Assembly (NCBI GenBank): GCA_044222185.1
Contig: JBGANV010000001.1
Location: 1,824,001-1,888,000 of the forward strand
Reading direction: 5' to 3'
Source: Planctomycetota bacterium
Lineage (GTDB): Bacteria > Planctomycetota > GCA-002687715 > CAIWVZ01
Length of the DNA stretch: 64,000 nt
Shown: positions 1-10,572 of the stretch, piece by piece
How the letters are laid out: each line of letters begins with the position of its first letter
How positions within the stretch are numbered: position 1 is the stretch's first letter
Made by a program: the position numbers and the translations under genes
Notes under the pieces: model-generated
Seen by the model: the letters and a program-made list of their open reading frames with translations, nothing else
Database searches by the model: none
Told to the model about the DNA's origin: nothing

Positions 1-27
1 TGGTCCCGCGATAGCTCGCAGGTCCGG

Positions 28-501
28 TCAGGGGTTCTCGCTCGGCGCCAGGAGGATCGGCGTCACGCGGACGCGGTAGGGCGAGGGGACGGCATCGGGT
101 GCCGTCACGTCGAGCGTGAACGCCGCCCCGTCTTCGAGCCCCGGAGCGCGGAAGCGGACCAGCTGCGTGTTGCCCTGCGTGGTCACGCTGTCGACCGCCA
201 CGCCTTCACCCGTCACGACGACGGTCGGCGCGTCTGCCGTCGGAGCCCCGCTCTCGCTCGTGACGACGACCCGCACTGCGGGCACGACGCTCCCCCGGCT
301 CCTGACGGTCGCGTCGAGCTGCACGGACCTGCCCTCGGTCCCGGGCCAGAACAACGAACTCATCGTGGTGCCGTCGAGCCGCATCGCCTCGCGGCTGCCC
401 GGCGGATCGGACGCGCAGCCGGTCGCCAGCATGAGGAGCGCCGCCAACGAGACGAGCGTGAGCTTGCAGGAGCTTCGTGCGTGCAGGGGGTATGCCTTCA
501 T
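28..501 (-). CDS. Hypothetical lipoprotein
   Basis: Hydrophobic N-terminus ending in a lipobox-like LATGC; AGGA upstream; lies 11 bp downstream of the oxidoreductase on the same strand. Confidence 0.65.
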   Translation of the reverse strand: MKAYPLHARSSCKLTLVSLAALLMLATGCASDPPGSREAMRLDGTTMSSLFWPGTEGRSVQLDATVRSRGSVVPAVRVVVTSESGAPTADAPTVVVTGEGVAVDSVTTQGNTQLVRFRAPGLEDGAAFTLDVTAPDAVPSPYRVRVTPILLAPSENP

Positions 502-512
502 GCGATTGTTCC

Positions 513-1547
513 TCAGGAGGAGGTCTTCGGCGCGCTGCCCGAGCGGCGGAGGCGCGAGCGGATCGACTCGACGACGCGTTCCGCCACGGCCATGGCCTGA
601 ACGCCGTGCTCGCCCGTGACGCTCGGGGCGCGCCCCTCGCGGATCGCCGTGACGAACTCCGTGTCCTCACGCTTCAGCGGCTCGAACTCCTGGATCTCGA
701 GCTTCTCGATCCGAAGCATGTCTTTCAGCATGATGTCGAGCGGATTGATCTTCGACAGGTCGAGCGTTCGCGCAGCGATCCTGGATTTCAGGTCCTCGCC
801 CGGCCGGATGATCTGACCGGTCTTCTTGTAGAAGTCGAGCGTGACGTAGCCCTCGGGGGCGAACATCCGCATCTTGCGCTCGGTCTTCAGCGCGAGCCGC
901 GACGCGGTGACGTTGGCCACGGCCCCGTTCTCGAAGGTGATGCGCGCGTTCGCCAGGTCCTCGAGGTCGCCCACGACTCCCACCCCGACGGCATCCACCG
1001 TCTCGACCGGCGACTGGGCCAGGTAGAGGATGATGTCGATGTCGTGGATCATCATGTCGAGTACGACCGAGATGTCCTGCGAGCGGAAGCTGAACGGCGA
1101 CACTCGCTGAGCCTCGATGAATCGCGGCACGATGCGCCGTTCGAGGATCGCGACGATCGCGGGGTTGAAGCGCTCGACGTGTCCCACCATCAAGACCGTC
1201 CCCGCGCGGCGCGCGCGGTCGACGAGGTCCGTGGCCTCCGCGAGCGTCGATGCGAGAGGTTTCTCGACCATGCAGGCGATGCCGCGATCGAGGAGCCGAC
1301 CTGCGACTGCGTGGTGATGGATCGTTGGAGTGGCGACGACCGCGGCACGCACGCTCGGGGGGAGCTGATCCGGAGAGGTCAGCGCCGCGCACTTCGAGGC
1401 CTTGGCGATCTCCTGGGCACGCGCTCCGTCCTGGTCGACGACGGCCACGAGGCGGCACGTGGGGATCTCCGACAGGATTCGCGCATGGATCTTGCCCAGG
1501 TGTCCCACGCCGACGACGGCGACGTCGATGCGATCCCCCGAGGTCAC
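513..1547 (-). CDS. Gfo/Idh/MocA family oxidoreductase (GnnA-like UDP-GlcNAc 3-dehydrogenase candidate)
   Basis: GVGHLG Rossmann motif, EKP, GHVERFNPA and DMMIHDID motifs. The GTG start at 1547 overlaps the lpxA stop (GTGA). Confidence 0.85.
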   Translation of the reverse strand: MTSGDRIDVAVVGVGHLGKIHARILSEIPTCRLVAVVDQDGARAQEIAKASKCAALTSPDQLPPSVRAAVVATPTIHHHAVAGRLLDRGIACMVEKPLASTLAEATDLVDRARRAGTVLMVGHVERFNPAIVAILERRIVPRFIEAQRVSPFSFRSQDISVVLDMMIHDIDIILYLAQSPVETVDAVGVGVVGDLEDLANARITFENGAVANVTASRLALKTERKMRMFAPEGYVTLDFYKKTGQIIRPGEDLKSRIAARTLDLSKINPLDIMLKDMLRIEKLEIQEFEPLKREDTEFVTAIREGRAPSVTGEHGVQAMAVAERVVESIRSRLRRSGSAPKTSS

Positions 1548-2368
1548 GACGGGTCCCGCGCCCGTCCGAAGGCCCCGCGCTCCGTTCGTCTGAGGAACTC
1601 GACCAGGTCGCCGACCTCCGCCGTCACGTTCGGCTGCAAAGCCACCTCGTCCAGGATCTGGGTGCGAGGACGCTTGCTCCGGAACACCGTGCGGTGGGCC
1701 TCGCGCAGCGCCGCGATCTGGTCTTCCGAATAGCCGTTGCGCTGAAGCCCGACGACGTTGACCTTCCACACCTTCGCCGGGTTGCCCTCGACGATCATGT
1801 AGGGCGGTACGTCCTGCACGATTCGCGTGAGTCCGCCGACGTACGCGAGGCGGCCGATCGTCGTGAATTGCTGGACGCAGGCGGCGCCGTTAAGGATCGC
1901 GCCGTCGTCGATCATCACGTGACCAGCGATCAGGACGTTGTTCGCCATCACGACCTGGTCGCCGACGACGCAATCGTGCGCTACGTGGCAGCACGCCATG
2001 AGGAGGTTCCGGCTCCCGATGCGGGTGTAGCCGTCGCCTTTCATGGTGCCGCGGTTCAGAGTCACGAACTCGCGGATCTGGTTGTTGTCGCCGAGCGTGA
2101 GCCAGGTGATCTCGCCCTTGTACAGTCGATCCTGGGGATCGCCGCCGACGGCCGCGTGGTGGTGGATGACGTTGTCGGAACCCAAACGCGTGAACGGGCC
2201 GATGCTGCAGTTCGAACCGATGCGCGTGCGGTCTCCGATCTCGCACGCTTCGTTCACGACCGTGTACGGACCGATCGTCACTCCGGCGCCGATCACGGCA
2301 GTCGGGTGGATGACGGCGGTCGGATGGATCTCCACGGTTGCGCTCACGAGTGGAATCGCCTCACGCAT
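1544..2368 (-). CDS. lpxA: Acyl-ACP--UDP-N-acetylglucosamine O-acyltransferase
   Basis: Hexapeptide repeats, PQD, IREFVTLNRGT, HVAHDC and QDVPPY motifs; located in the lpx cluster. Confidence 0.95.
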   Translation of the reverse strand: MREAIPLVSATVEIHPTAVIHPTAVIGAGVTIGPYTVVNEACEIGDRTRIGSNCSIGPFTRLGSDNVIHHHAAVGGDPQDRLYKGEITWLTLGDNNQIREFVTLNRGTMKGDGYTRIGSRNLLMACCHVAHDCVVGDQVVMANNVLIAGHVMIDDGAILNGAACVQQFTTIGRLAYVGGLTRIVQDVPPYMIVEGNPAKVWKVNVVGLQRNGYSEDQIAALREAHRTVFRSKRPRTQILDEVALQPNVTAEVGDLVEFLRRTERGAFGRARDPS

Positions 2369-3659
2369 CCATCAGCATGAACTTCATGATCGCCTCGCAC
2401 GTCAGCTCGTCGTTGACGCTCGCGCGGCCGTAGACCTTCGCGGACTTCGCACGGATGGAGAGCGTTTCGCACTCCAGACGAAGCTGGTCGCCCGGCACCA
2501 CGGGCCGGCGGAACTTGATGCGATCGATGGAAAGCAGCACGGCGACCTTGGCCGTGTTCAACAGTCTGCGCAGAAGCAGGACGCCTGAGAGCTGAGCCAA
2601 GGCCTCCACCTGCACGACTCCCGGAAGGATCGGCTGTCCCGGCCAGTGCCCTTCGAAGAACGGCTCGTTGATGGAGACGTTCTTCACTCCGACGGCGCGC
2701 TGGTATCCCTCGAGCGCCAGCACCCGGTCCACGAAGAGGAACGGGAACCGGTGCGGGATGATCTTCATGATCTCCTTGATGTCGAGGGCGGTCTCCGACG
2801 CCACCATCCCCTGCACCTCGAGCATCTTCAGCCGCGCAGCCAGGCGGGTGACGAGCTCGAGGTTCATCCGATGGCCGGTCTTCGTGGCGACGATGTGCGC
2901 CTCGAGGTCCGCATCGAGCATGGTCAGGTCACCGAGCAGGTCCAGCACCTTGTGCCGCGCGGGCTCGTTGTCGAGCCGGAAGGTGTTGTCGACGACGCCG
3001 GACTCGCCGATCACGAGCGTGTTCTTCGTGTTGGCTCCCAGGCCGAGCCCCATCTCCTGGAGCTTGCGCGCCTCGACCTCGAGGCAGAACGTGCGCGCCG
3101 GTGCGATCTGCGTGAGGAACTTCTCCTCGTTGACGTCGACGGTGACGAACTGTGGTTTGAGCCCCGGCGCGTTGCCGTAGTCGAGCGTGTAGGAGATGCG
3201 CAACGCGGCGGGGTGAGGGAAGGCCGTCAGCGTCGCGTCACCCTCGGCGACCGCGACCGGCTGATCGAGCTGGAAGACCTTGCGCGGCGCCTTCTGCTCC
3301 TGGCGCCCGGCGTCGCGGAGCCCCTCGGCGTACGGGAGTGCCGAGCCGTCCAGCCCCGGAAGCTCGGATCCGTCGATCTCCACCTGCACGTTGTCGATCC
3401 CGAGTACGTAGAGGCCGGCGGCGAGGTGCTCGACCGTCCCGATCTCGAGTTCGCCGTTGCTGATCGCCGACTGCCGATCGCGCTTGACCGCCAGGTCGCG
3501 CCGGAGCGGGATCCGCGGTTTGCCGGGCACGTCCGTGCGGATGAAGACGACGCCCGTGTCGGGCTCACCCGGCTTCACGACGACCGTGACCTCGCGCCCC
3601 GTGTGCAGCCCGATACCGCGGAAAGTGACGGAGTTGCGGACGGTGCGTTGATTTCTCAC
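2361..3659 (-). CDS. lpxC: Bifunctional UDP-3-O-acyl-GlcNAc deacetylase / 3-hydroxyacyl-ACP dehydratase (LpxC-FabZ fusion)
   Basis: N-terminal GIGLHTG, TVEHL, ARTF and [11 protein letters not shown] (LpxC); C-terminal [24 protein letters not shown] and [11 protein letters not shown] (FabZ). Confidence 0.95.
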   Translation of the reverse strand: MRNQRTVRNSVTFRGIGLHTGREVTVVVKPGEPDTGVVFIRTDVPGKPRIPLRRDLAVKRDRQSAISNGELEIGTVEHLAAGLYVLGIDNVQVEIDGSELPGLDGSALPYAEGLRDAGRQEQKAPRKVFQLDQPVAVAEGDATLTAFPHPAALRISYTLDYGNAPGLKPQFVTVDVNEEKFLTQIAPARTFCLEVEARKLQEMGLGLGANTKNTLVIGESGVVDNTFRLDNEPARHKVLDLLGDLTMLDADLEAHIVATKTGHRMNLELVTRLAARLKMLEVQGMVASETALDIKEIMKIIPHRFPFLFVDRVLALEGYQRAVGVKNVSINEPFFEGHWPGQPILPGVVQVEALAQLSGVLLLRRLLNTAKVAVLLSIDRIKFRRPVVPGDQLRLECETLSIRAKSAKVYGRASVNDELTCEAIMKFMLMDA

Positions 3660-4717
3660 GTCTTGTCACGAGCGTCGGAACGGCGTCCGAGCTCCTCCTC
3701 GATTTGATCCAGTCTCTTCGAGACCTCGCGCAGCTTGTGGTGCATCTCAGGGAGCTTGGTCTGGAGGACGCGCGCCCGTTGGCCGGCTCCGTATGGGATC
3801 GCTGGAATCCCGAGGAACTGGCCCCCGGCCTCCAGGTCCTTGCTGACCCCGCTCATGGCCGAAACCTGCGCCCTGTCGCCGATGTGGACGTGGCCCGCGA
3901 CACCGACCTTCGCCGCGAGCACCACGTGGTGGCCCAGCGACGACGAGCCGGCGATGCCGGCCTGCGCGACGATGATGCAGTGCGGTCCGATGATGACGTT
4001 GTGTGCGACCTGGACGAGGTTGTCGATCTTCGTCCCCTTGCCGATCCGCGTTTCGGCGAACCGCGCGCGATCGACGCAGACGTTGGCGCCGATCTCCACG
4101 TCGTCTTCGATGACGACGGTGCCGATCTGGGGAATCTTGTGGTGAGTGCCCCCATCGTCCGTTGCGTAGCCGAACCCGTCCGATCCGATGACCGTGCCGG
4201 CGTGGATGATGACGCGGTCGCCGAGACGGACCTGATCGAGCAGCGAGGCGTTGGGATGGACGAGGCAGTCGGACCCGATGACGACGTCGCTACCGATCAC
4301 GGCGTTCGCCGAGATGATCGTGCGAGCGCCGATCCGGGACCGGGCGCCCACGACGGCGCCAGCGCGAATGGACGCCGTCACGTCGATGACCGCCGCCGGA
4401 TCCACGATTGCGCGAGCGTGAACGCCACCCTCACCGCGCGCACGCGTACGCTGCCAGTAGTCCACGAGCTTCGCGAACGCGAGGTTGGCGTCCGGAACGA
4501 CGATCTGTGTCGCGCGGCACCCCGCATGCTCTCGATCGACGACGACGACCGAAGCCAGCGTCGAAGGGAGCAATGCGAAGAACTTCTCCTGCGCTACGAA
4601 GGTGACGTCACCCGCAGCCGCAATCTCGACGCCATTCACGTTCGAGACGAGGGCGGACGGGTCGCCGACCACCCGCCCTTGAAGCAGTGTCGCCAGTTCG
4701 CTGGCCGCGATCTTCAC
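3656..4717 (-). CDS. lpxD: UDP-3-O-(3-hydroxyacyl)glucosamine N-acyltransferase
   Basis: [17 protein letters not shown] and [12 protein letters not shown] motifs; hexapeptide repeats. Confidence 0.95.
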   Translation of the reverse strand: MKIAASELATLLQGRVVGDPSALVSNVNGVEIAAAGDVTFVAQEKFFALLPSTLASVVVVDREHAGCRATQIVVPDANLAFAKLVDYWQRTRARGEGGVHARAIVDPAAVIDVTASIRAGAVVGARSRIGARTIISANAVIGSDVVIGSDCLVHPNASLLDQVRLGDRVIIHAGTVIGSDGFGYATDDGGTHHKIPQIGTVVIEDDVEIGANVCVDRARFAETRIGKGTKIDNLVQVAHNVIIGPHCIIVAQAGIAGSSSLGHHVVLAAKVGVAGHVHIGDRAQVSAMSGVSKDLEAGGQFLGIPAIPYGAGQRARVLQTKLPEMHHKLREVSKRLDQIEEELGRRSDARDKT

Positions 4718-4724
4718 GCGCGGA

Positions 4725-5270
4725 TCACTTGTTCAGGCGTGCGACGACGTCGGAGGTGATGTCCCAGTCAGGCACGTAGAAGAGGACCGGGCGCACCATG
4801 ATGTTGTTCATCACGTCGCGTTTGTTGTCGCCTTCGATGCTGCCCGAGACGTACATGAACACCGCCTTGCACCCCTTGGCTTCGGCGACGGCCTTCACCT
4901 CGCGACGCACGTCGTCGTAGAGCTTGGAAAGCTCGGTGGCGAGCGTCTTCGACGTCTTGTACGTGATCGACGCTTCCTCGAGGTCCGCCTCGGCTTCAGC
5001 GAGCCGGATCTTCTTCTGCTGCTCGATCCACGGCTCGGAGCCCTTGGTGTAGAGGTCCAGAGTCTCCTTCAGCGCCGCGATCTTGCGCCGATCTTCGGTG
5101 AGGCTGCGCACCTTCTCGTCGACCTGGGTCTTGATCTGGTCCGAGAGCGTGACGGCTTTCTTGTATTCCTTCAGGCAACGCTCGACGTCCACGAACGCGA
5201 GCATTTGCTGGCCAAAGGCCGGAACGATCAACGCCACGAAGGTTGCGAGAACGAGAGCAGCTCGCTTCAT
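4725..5270 (-). CDS. OmpH/Skp family periplasmic chaperone
   Basis: Signal peptide, AFVDVE start, long helical coiled coil and DITSDVV end; lies between bamA and lpxD. The start was reassigned to the ATG at 5270 (AGGAG upstream). Confidence 0.85.
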   Translation of the reverse strand: MKRAALVLATFVALIVPAFGQQMLAFVDVERCLKEYKKAVTLSDQIKTQVDEKVRSLTEDRRKIAALKETLDLYTKGSEPWIEQQKKIRLAEAEADLEEASITYKTSKTLATELSKLYDDVRREVKAVAEAKGCKAVFMYVSGSIEGDNKRDVMNNIMVRPVLFYVPDWDITSDVVARLNK

Positions 5271-5314
5271 GAGGACTCCTCGATTGACAATTCCGCGGCT
5301 CGCCGCGGGCTCCA

Positions 5315-7798
5315 TCAGAAATTCGAACCGAAGCTGAAGGAGAGCACCCTCTCCTCGTCGCCGTCCTGACTCACGAACGGGAAGCCGAAGTCGAATGCAA
5401 GCGGCCGCGAGCCGAGGAACGGTATCACGATGCGTAAGCCGAAGCCACCGCTGACCCGTACGTCCCCGATCGCCGAATCGCTCCAACTCAGCGCGAGCGA
5501 CCCCGAGTCGACGAACACGACGCCACGCAGACTCGGCTCGCCAGGACGCGCGGTGCCCACGAGCGGGAACGAGTACTCGGCGTTCGCCAGCCACAGCGCC
5601 TTGCCACCGATCGGGTCGCCGTTGTCGCGAGGGCCGATGCCGCGGAATTGGAAACCGCGTAGCGAGTTGGCCCCGCCCGCGAAAAACCGTTCGTAGATCG
5701 GAATGTCGCGCGTGTCCCCGAACTCGTGGGCCCACCCGACGGTGCCCTTGAAGCGAAGCACGTGCCACCGCTCTTCTGCGTCCTCATGGAGCGGGACGTA
5801 GTACTCGCCCGTCGCGAGAACCTGGTTGAAGTCGATGTCGCCCCAAAGGCCGGCGTGCTCCCACGAGACGTTCAGGATGTAGCCGTCGGTCGGGTCGACG
5901 AAGTTGTCGACGCGCAGCAGACGCCAGTCGAGCTGAAGCGACGACAGCAGACGCTCGCCCTCGAAGTCGAACACGAGCTGCGGCGCATCGTGCGAGATGT
6001 CGTTGATCTCGATCAGCTCGTTCCGCATGGTGATCGACGCGAACATGTCCTCGCCGAGCTTGCGGCCGATCGTCGTGCGCTCGCCGATGCGGTCCTCGCG
6101 CCACGACTCGCGGAATGCGAACGACAGGTAGCCGTCCTGACGGAACGAGAAGTCCGAGTCCCACACTCGCGGGTTGTAGTACGAGCCCACGATGCGCGTC
6201 AGCCGCGTTCCGGGCTGCACCGACAACGTGAGCCTCTGCCCGCCACCGGTGAACGCGTCGAAGAAATCCCCGGGTGATTCCGGCAGATCCGTGGGATCGA
6301 AGTTGTCCTTCTCGTACGTGATGTCGCCGATCACGCCGTTGTTGGAGCCCACGCCGACGGCGAACCTGATGCTCCCGGTATCGCGCTCCTTCACCGAGAA
6401 GATGACGTCCTTCACGTTCTCGCGCTTCGTATCCCGAAGCGTGACGTAGGCCTCCCGGTAGTTCTGAAAGCGCGCGTTCGTGATGTCCGTGTAATCGCCG
6501 CTGAACCCGTCGGGGCCCTGAGCCCAGTACTGGAGGTTGAAGATCCGGCGCTTCGCCTTCTCGAACTTCTTCTCGTCCAGCGGCTCGCCCGTGAAGATCT
6601 CGATCTCGCGGCGGATGACGTTGTCCTTCGTCTCGATGTTCCCCTTGATCTCCACTTCGCCGACGTAGATCCGCTCGCCTTCGACGATTTTCAGGATGAC
6701 GTCCACCTCGTTCTTCTCGAGGTCGATCACCGAGGAACCGGATTCGCGGATGTCGCAGTCGATGAACGCCCGCTCCTTGTAGCGGTCGAGGAGCTTCTTG
6801 ATGTCGCGGCCCAGGTCGACGCCGGGGCGGTACCGGCCACCGACCTTCGTCTCCATCTCCTGCATCACCTCGTTGGGGTCGAAGAGTGTCATGCCTTCGA
6901 TCGTCAAGCTGCGAACCATGTATGGCTCGCCTTCCTTCACGCCGATGCGCAGAGAGACTTCCGTGAAATCCTTGTTGGGCTCCCAGCCGAGAAGCGTCAC
7001 CTCCGCGTCCAGGTAGCCCTCCTGGTGGTAGAAGCGCGTGAGCTGGACGACGTCGCGCTGCACCTCCGTGAGCACGAACGGTGCGTCCTTGAAGAGGCCG
7101 GATTCGTTCACCTTCGGCATGGCCTTGAGCAGATCGTCGTTCGAGAACGCGTGGTTGCCCTCGAACGCCACGTGCTCGATCTCGACCTCGGGGCCCTCGG
7201 TGATCTTGAAGACGATCACGAGCCCTTCCACGCCCTCGAGCTTGTCCTGCTCCACGGAAACCTGGACGAAGTGGAATCCCTTCTGACGGTACCAGTCGAT
7301 GATCGCCTGCCGGTCGACGTCCAACGTGAACTGGTCGACGAGCCCGCCCGCGACCGTCTTGATGAGAGGCATGAGCTCTTCGCGTGTGCCGGTGACGAGG
7401 CCGAAGAAACTCACCTCGAGCACGCGGACGTTCTCTTCACCGAGGATGGAGACGGCGACGCCGTCTTCGAACGGCCGCACGCGGAAGCTCTGGATGTTGA
7501 AGAAGATCTTGTCGGCGACGAGGGACTTCACGTCCGCGCGCATGGCGTCCGCCTGGAACGGCTTCCCTTCCTTGATCGACATGCGAGCTCGCACGGCATC
7601 GGGCGTCAGACGGACGAGCCCGATGAACTCGATCTTCTTCACGACGCGCCCGTTGTACTGTTCGGCGTCCTGTGCGAGCGCCGGCATCGCGAGCGCGAGG
7701 ATGGCGCACGAAAGCAGGATGCACTGAAGAGGACGCACGCGAGCGGCGGGGTTCCAAGAACGACTCCGGCCGCGCACTGGACTGGCGTTGGCAATCAC
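5315..7798 (-). CDS. bamA: Outer membrane protein assembly factor BamA
   Basis: POTRA-like repeats, ERFFAGGANSLRGF (VRGF-equivalent) and C-terminal FSFGSNF; exact start uncertain. Confidence 0.92.
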   Translation of the reverse strand: MIANASPVRGRSRSWNPAARVRPLQCILLSCAILALAMPALAQDAEQYNGRVVKKIEFIGLVRLTPDAVRARMSIKEGKPFQADAMRADVKSLVADKIFFNIQSFRVRPFEDGVAVSILGEENVRVLEVSFFGLVTGTREELMPLIKTVAGGLVDQFTLDVDRQAIIDWYRQKGFHFVQVSVEQDKLEGVEGLVIVFKITEGPEVEIEHVAFEGNHAFSNDDLLKAMPKVNESGLFKDAPFVLTEVQRDVVQLTRFYHQEGYLDAEVTLLGWEPNKDFTEVSLRIGVKEGEPYMVRSLTIEGMTLFDPNEVMQEMETKVGGRYRPGVDLGRDIKKLLDRYKERAFIDCDIRESGSSVIDLEKNEVDVILKIVEGERIYVGEVEIKGNIETKDNVIRREIEIFTGEPLDEKKFEKAKRRIFNLQYWAQGPDGFSGDYTDITNARFQNYREAYVTLRDTKRENVKDVIFSVKERDTGSIRFAVGVGSNNGVIGDITYEKDNFDPTDLPESPGDFFDAFTGGGQRLTLSVQPGTRLTRIVGSYYNPRVWDSDFSFRQDGYLSFAFRESWREDRIGERTTIGRKLGEDMFASITMRNELIEINDISHDAPQLVFDFEGERLLSSLQLDWRLLRVDNFVDPTDGYILNVSWEHAGLWGDIDFNQVLATGEYYVPLHEDAEERWHVLRFKGTVGWAHEFGDTRDIPIYERFFAGGANSLRGFQFRGIGPRDNGDPIGGKALWLANAEYSFPLVGTARPGEPSLRGVVFVDSGSLALSWSDSAIGDVRVSGGFGLRIVIPFLGSRPLAFDFGFPFVSQDGDEERVLSFSFGSNF

Positions 7799-9141
7799 TC
7801 GATTCCCTCGGCGTAGTTCTCGAACCTCAGCCGGTTTGGGAAGAACAGCAGTTCAACCTTCCCCGTCGGTCCGTTTCGCTGCTTCCCGATGATGACTTCC
7901 GTCTTGCGTCCCTGGTCCGGTGCCTGGGCTTCGCCTGAATAGTAGTCCTCGCGGTGGAGGAAGACGATGAGGTCCGCGTCCTGCTCGATGGCGCCCGACT
8001 CTCGGAGGTCGGAGAGCTGGGGACGATGATCCTTGCGGCTCTCGAGGGCCCGGTTGAGCTGCGACAGTGCGAGGACCGGGCACTCCAGCTCTCGGGCCAG
8101 CCCCTTCAGCGCCCGCGAGATCATGGCGATCTCCTGCTGGCGCGACTCGGCTGACGGAGTCCCCATCATCTGCAGGTAGTCGACGATGATGAGGTCGAGC
8201 TTCCCGCGGCGGGCCTTCACTCGGCGCGCCTTCGTGCGGATGGACATGGGGGTCACGCCCGAGGACGTGTCGATGAGGAACGGCGCGCCGTGCAGCCGCG
8301 TGGCGGCGTCGTGGAGCTTGTCCCAGTCGGGCTTCGAGAGCTGGCCGCGCCGCAAACGGCTCGCATCGACGCTCGCCGTCGCGCAGAGCATGTTCGTGAG
8401 GATCTGCTCGGCACCCATTTCGAGGCTGAAGAACAGGACCGTGGAGCCGTCTCCGAGACACGCGTTCAGCGCGCAGTTGATCGCGAACGTCGTCTTTCCC
8501 ATGGACGGGCGCGCAGCGATGATCACGAGGTCCCCGCGCTGGAAGCCGCCCGTTCGGTCGTTCAGGCGGTAGTAGCCCGTGTCGATCCCGGTGATACCGC
8601 CTCGGGCGCCCTGCATGGCGCCGATCTTCTCCACGGTCTCCGCCAGGATGTCTCCGACCTCCACGGTCTCGTTCTTCCCGTCCTCGTTGGAGATCTCGAA
8701 GATCCGTTGTTCGGCCAGGTCCACGAGGTTTTCGCAGTCGAGGCGCCCGGTCATGCTCTCTGCGCGGATCTCGTCGCACGTGCGCATGAGGCGCCGACGG
8801 ATTGCACATTCCTTGACGAGCTTCGCGTGCGCCAGCACGTGAGCCGTCGACGGCAGCGTCTGGAGGAGCGACGCCAGGTACGCCTTCCCGCCGACCTCGT
8901 CGACGATGGATTCGCGAACGAGTCGGGCGTGGAGCGTCACCGCGTCCACCTTGTCCTCCTCGTTGGCGAGTTGGAGGATCGTCCGGAAGAGGAGTTGGTG
9001 CGGACGCCGGTAGAAGTCCTCCGGCTTGAGAATGGTTCCCAGCTCGGGAACGATCTCGCTGTCGAGGAGGACGGCCCCGAGAACGCTCATCTCGGCGTCC
9101 AGATTGTGGGGCGGAACGAGCTCCTCGATTCCCTTCTCCAC
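7795..9141 (-). CDS. dnaB: Replicative DNA helicase
   Basis: PPHN..AE, AARPSMGKT Walker A, DYLQMM, LSQLNR and LRESGAIEQDAD motifs. Confidence 0.97.
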   Translation of the reverse strand: MEKGIEELVPPHNLDAEMSVLGAVLLDSEIVPELGTILKPEDFYRRPHQLLFRTILQLANEEDKVDAVTLHARLVRESIVDEVGGKAYLASLLQTLPSTAHVLAHAKLVKECAIRRRLMRTCDEIRAESMTGRLDCENLVDLAEQRIFEISNEDGKNETVEVGDILAETVEKIGAMQGARGGITGIDTGYYRLNDRTGGFQRGDLVIIAARPSMGKTTFAINCALNACLGDGSTVLFFSLEMGAEQILTNMLCATASVDASRLRRGQLSKPDWDKLHDAATRLHGAPFLIDTSSGVTPMSIRTKARRVKARRGKLDLIIVDYLQMMGTPSAESRQQEIAMISRALKGLARELECPVLALSQLNRALESRKDHRPQLSDLRESGAIEQDADLIVFLHREDYYSGEAQAPDQGRKTEVIIGKQRNGPTGKVELLFFPNRLRFENYAEGIE

Positions 9142-9232
9142 GTCCCTTCAGCTCCCGGAGCCGCGCGCCGTCCGCCACGCGAGGTGGCAGCGACGCGCGA
9201 ACGAAATCACACCGGGCACTGGCGCCCAGCGA

Positions 9233-9742
9233 TCACGTCTTCGGAGTCTCGGCCTCCGCCGTCTTCTTCAGCGTCTGGCCCGGCTCCCAATCCTCGAATC
9301 CCTCGGCGCGCACCTTGACCGGCATGTACAGCTCCACATCCGAGTGGAGGTGGATGCGCACGTCGTAGTTCCCGATGTCGCGGATCGGCGCATCGAGGCG
9401 CACGACGCGGGGATCGAGGTCGAAGCCCTTGCCCTTCAGTGCGGCGGCGACGACCTTGTCGTTCACCGACCCGTACAGGCGGCCTTCGTCCGATGCCTTC
9501 TCGACGATCATCAGGCTGATCGGCTTGAGCAGGTCCGCCAGGGCCTTCGCCTGGCTGACGATCTTGGCCTCTTCGGCGAGCCATTGCTTGCGGCTGGCTG
9601 CGACGCGCCGCTCGTTCGCGACGGTCGGCAGGATGGCGAAGCCGAGGGGCAGGAGAAAATTGCGCGCATAGCCGGGCTTGACGGCGACACGGTCACCGCG
9701 CTTGCCGAGCTTGTCGACGTCCTTGATGAGGAGAATGTCCAT
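9233..9742 (-). CDS. rplI: 50S ribosomal protein L9
   Basis: LGKRGD.V.VKPGYARNFLLP and GRLYGSV motifs. Confidence 0.96.
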   Translation of the reverse strand: MDILLIKDVDKLGKRGDRVAVKPGYARNFLLPLGFAILPTVANERRVAASRKQWLAEEAKIVSQAKALADLLKPISLMIVEKASDEGRLYGSVNDKVVAAALKGKGFDLDPRVVRLDAPIRDIGNYDVRIHLHSDVELYMPVKVRAEGFEDWEPGQTLKKTAEAETPKT

Positions 9743-9804
9743 GATGATGACGGCCGGAGCATCCCGGCCATGATTTCAGCACGTTGTGTGGGATGGTACC
9801 GCGC

Positions 9805-10107
9805 TCACCCGACGTAGGGCATGAGCGCGAGGAAGCGGGCGTACTTGATGGCGAACTTCAACGCCCGCTGGTGACTGCCGCAGTTGCCCGACCGCTTTCG
9901 GGAGAAGATCTTCCCTTGCGGCGTGACGAAGCGCTGGAGGAGGTCGATGTTCTTGTAGTCGACCGGCGGATAGCTGGGAGGAGCGTTCGGGTCCTTCTCC
10001 TGCTTCTTGTCGTTGCGGCACCAGCGGCACGGTCCCCGCTCGGTGAGCTTCTTCAGGCGCTTCTTCTTTTCCTTCGCCTTCAACTTCGCTTGGCTGATCG
10101 ATGCCAT
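9805..10107 (-). CDS. rpsR: 30S ribosomal protein S18 (Zn-binding type)
   Basis: CRWC, DYKNIDLLQRF, GKI, C..HQR and AR.LALMPY motifs. Confidence 0.93.
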   Translation of the reverse strand: MASISQAKLKAKEKKKRLKKLTERGPCRWCRNDKKQEKDPNAPPSYPPVDYKNIDLLQRFVTPQGKIFSRKRSGNCGSHQRALKFAIKYARFLALMPYVG

Positions 10108-10118
10108 GGGTGTCTCCT

Positions 10119-10553
10119 TCAGACGAGCTCGTCCAGTGCCTCTTCGTCGCGATTGCGGCGACCGCGGTCGCCGTCATCACGCCGCCCGCCTTCGTCCGAG
10201 CGCTCGTCGTCCTCGCGCTTGGGCCGAAGGGCCTCGTACTGCGACGCCGTCATGAACGTCGGGAACTCCTCCTCGATGTGGAGGATGAGCGACCGGAGGA
10301 TGTCCTCGTTCAGGCTGACGGCTGCGCGCAGATCCGTCATCGCCTTCGCGTCCATCTCGAAGTGGGTGAGCACGTAGCTGCCGCGCTTCTGGCCCTTGAT
10401 CTCGTAGGCGAGCTTGCGCTCGTCCCAGCGGTCGATCTTGACGACCGACGCTCCGTGCTTCTTCAGCACCTCGTTGATGACACCCGTGCTCTCTGGCGCG
10501 TCGGGCTTGACCCGACTGTTGTCCAGAAGAAACAGACCTTCGTACTTCGCCAC
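10119..10553 (-). CDS. rpsF: 30S ribosomal protein S6
   Basis: KYEGLFLL, W.ERKLAYEIK and NEDILRSL motifs with an acidic tail. Confidence 0.93.
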   Translation of the reverse strand: MAKYEGLFLLDNSRVKPDAPESTGVINEVLKKHGASVVKIDRWDERKLAYEIKGQKRGSYVLTHFEMDAKAMTDLRAAVSLNEDILRSLILHIEEEFPTFMTASQYEALRPKREDDERSDEGGRRDDGDRGRRNRDEEALDELV

Positions 10554-10572
10554 GGAAGACCCCCGAATGGGT

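Noticed and set aside
2361-3659. LpxC-FabZ fusion as a novelty
   Set aside because: This fusion is well known in Bacteroidota and several other phyla.
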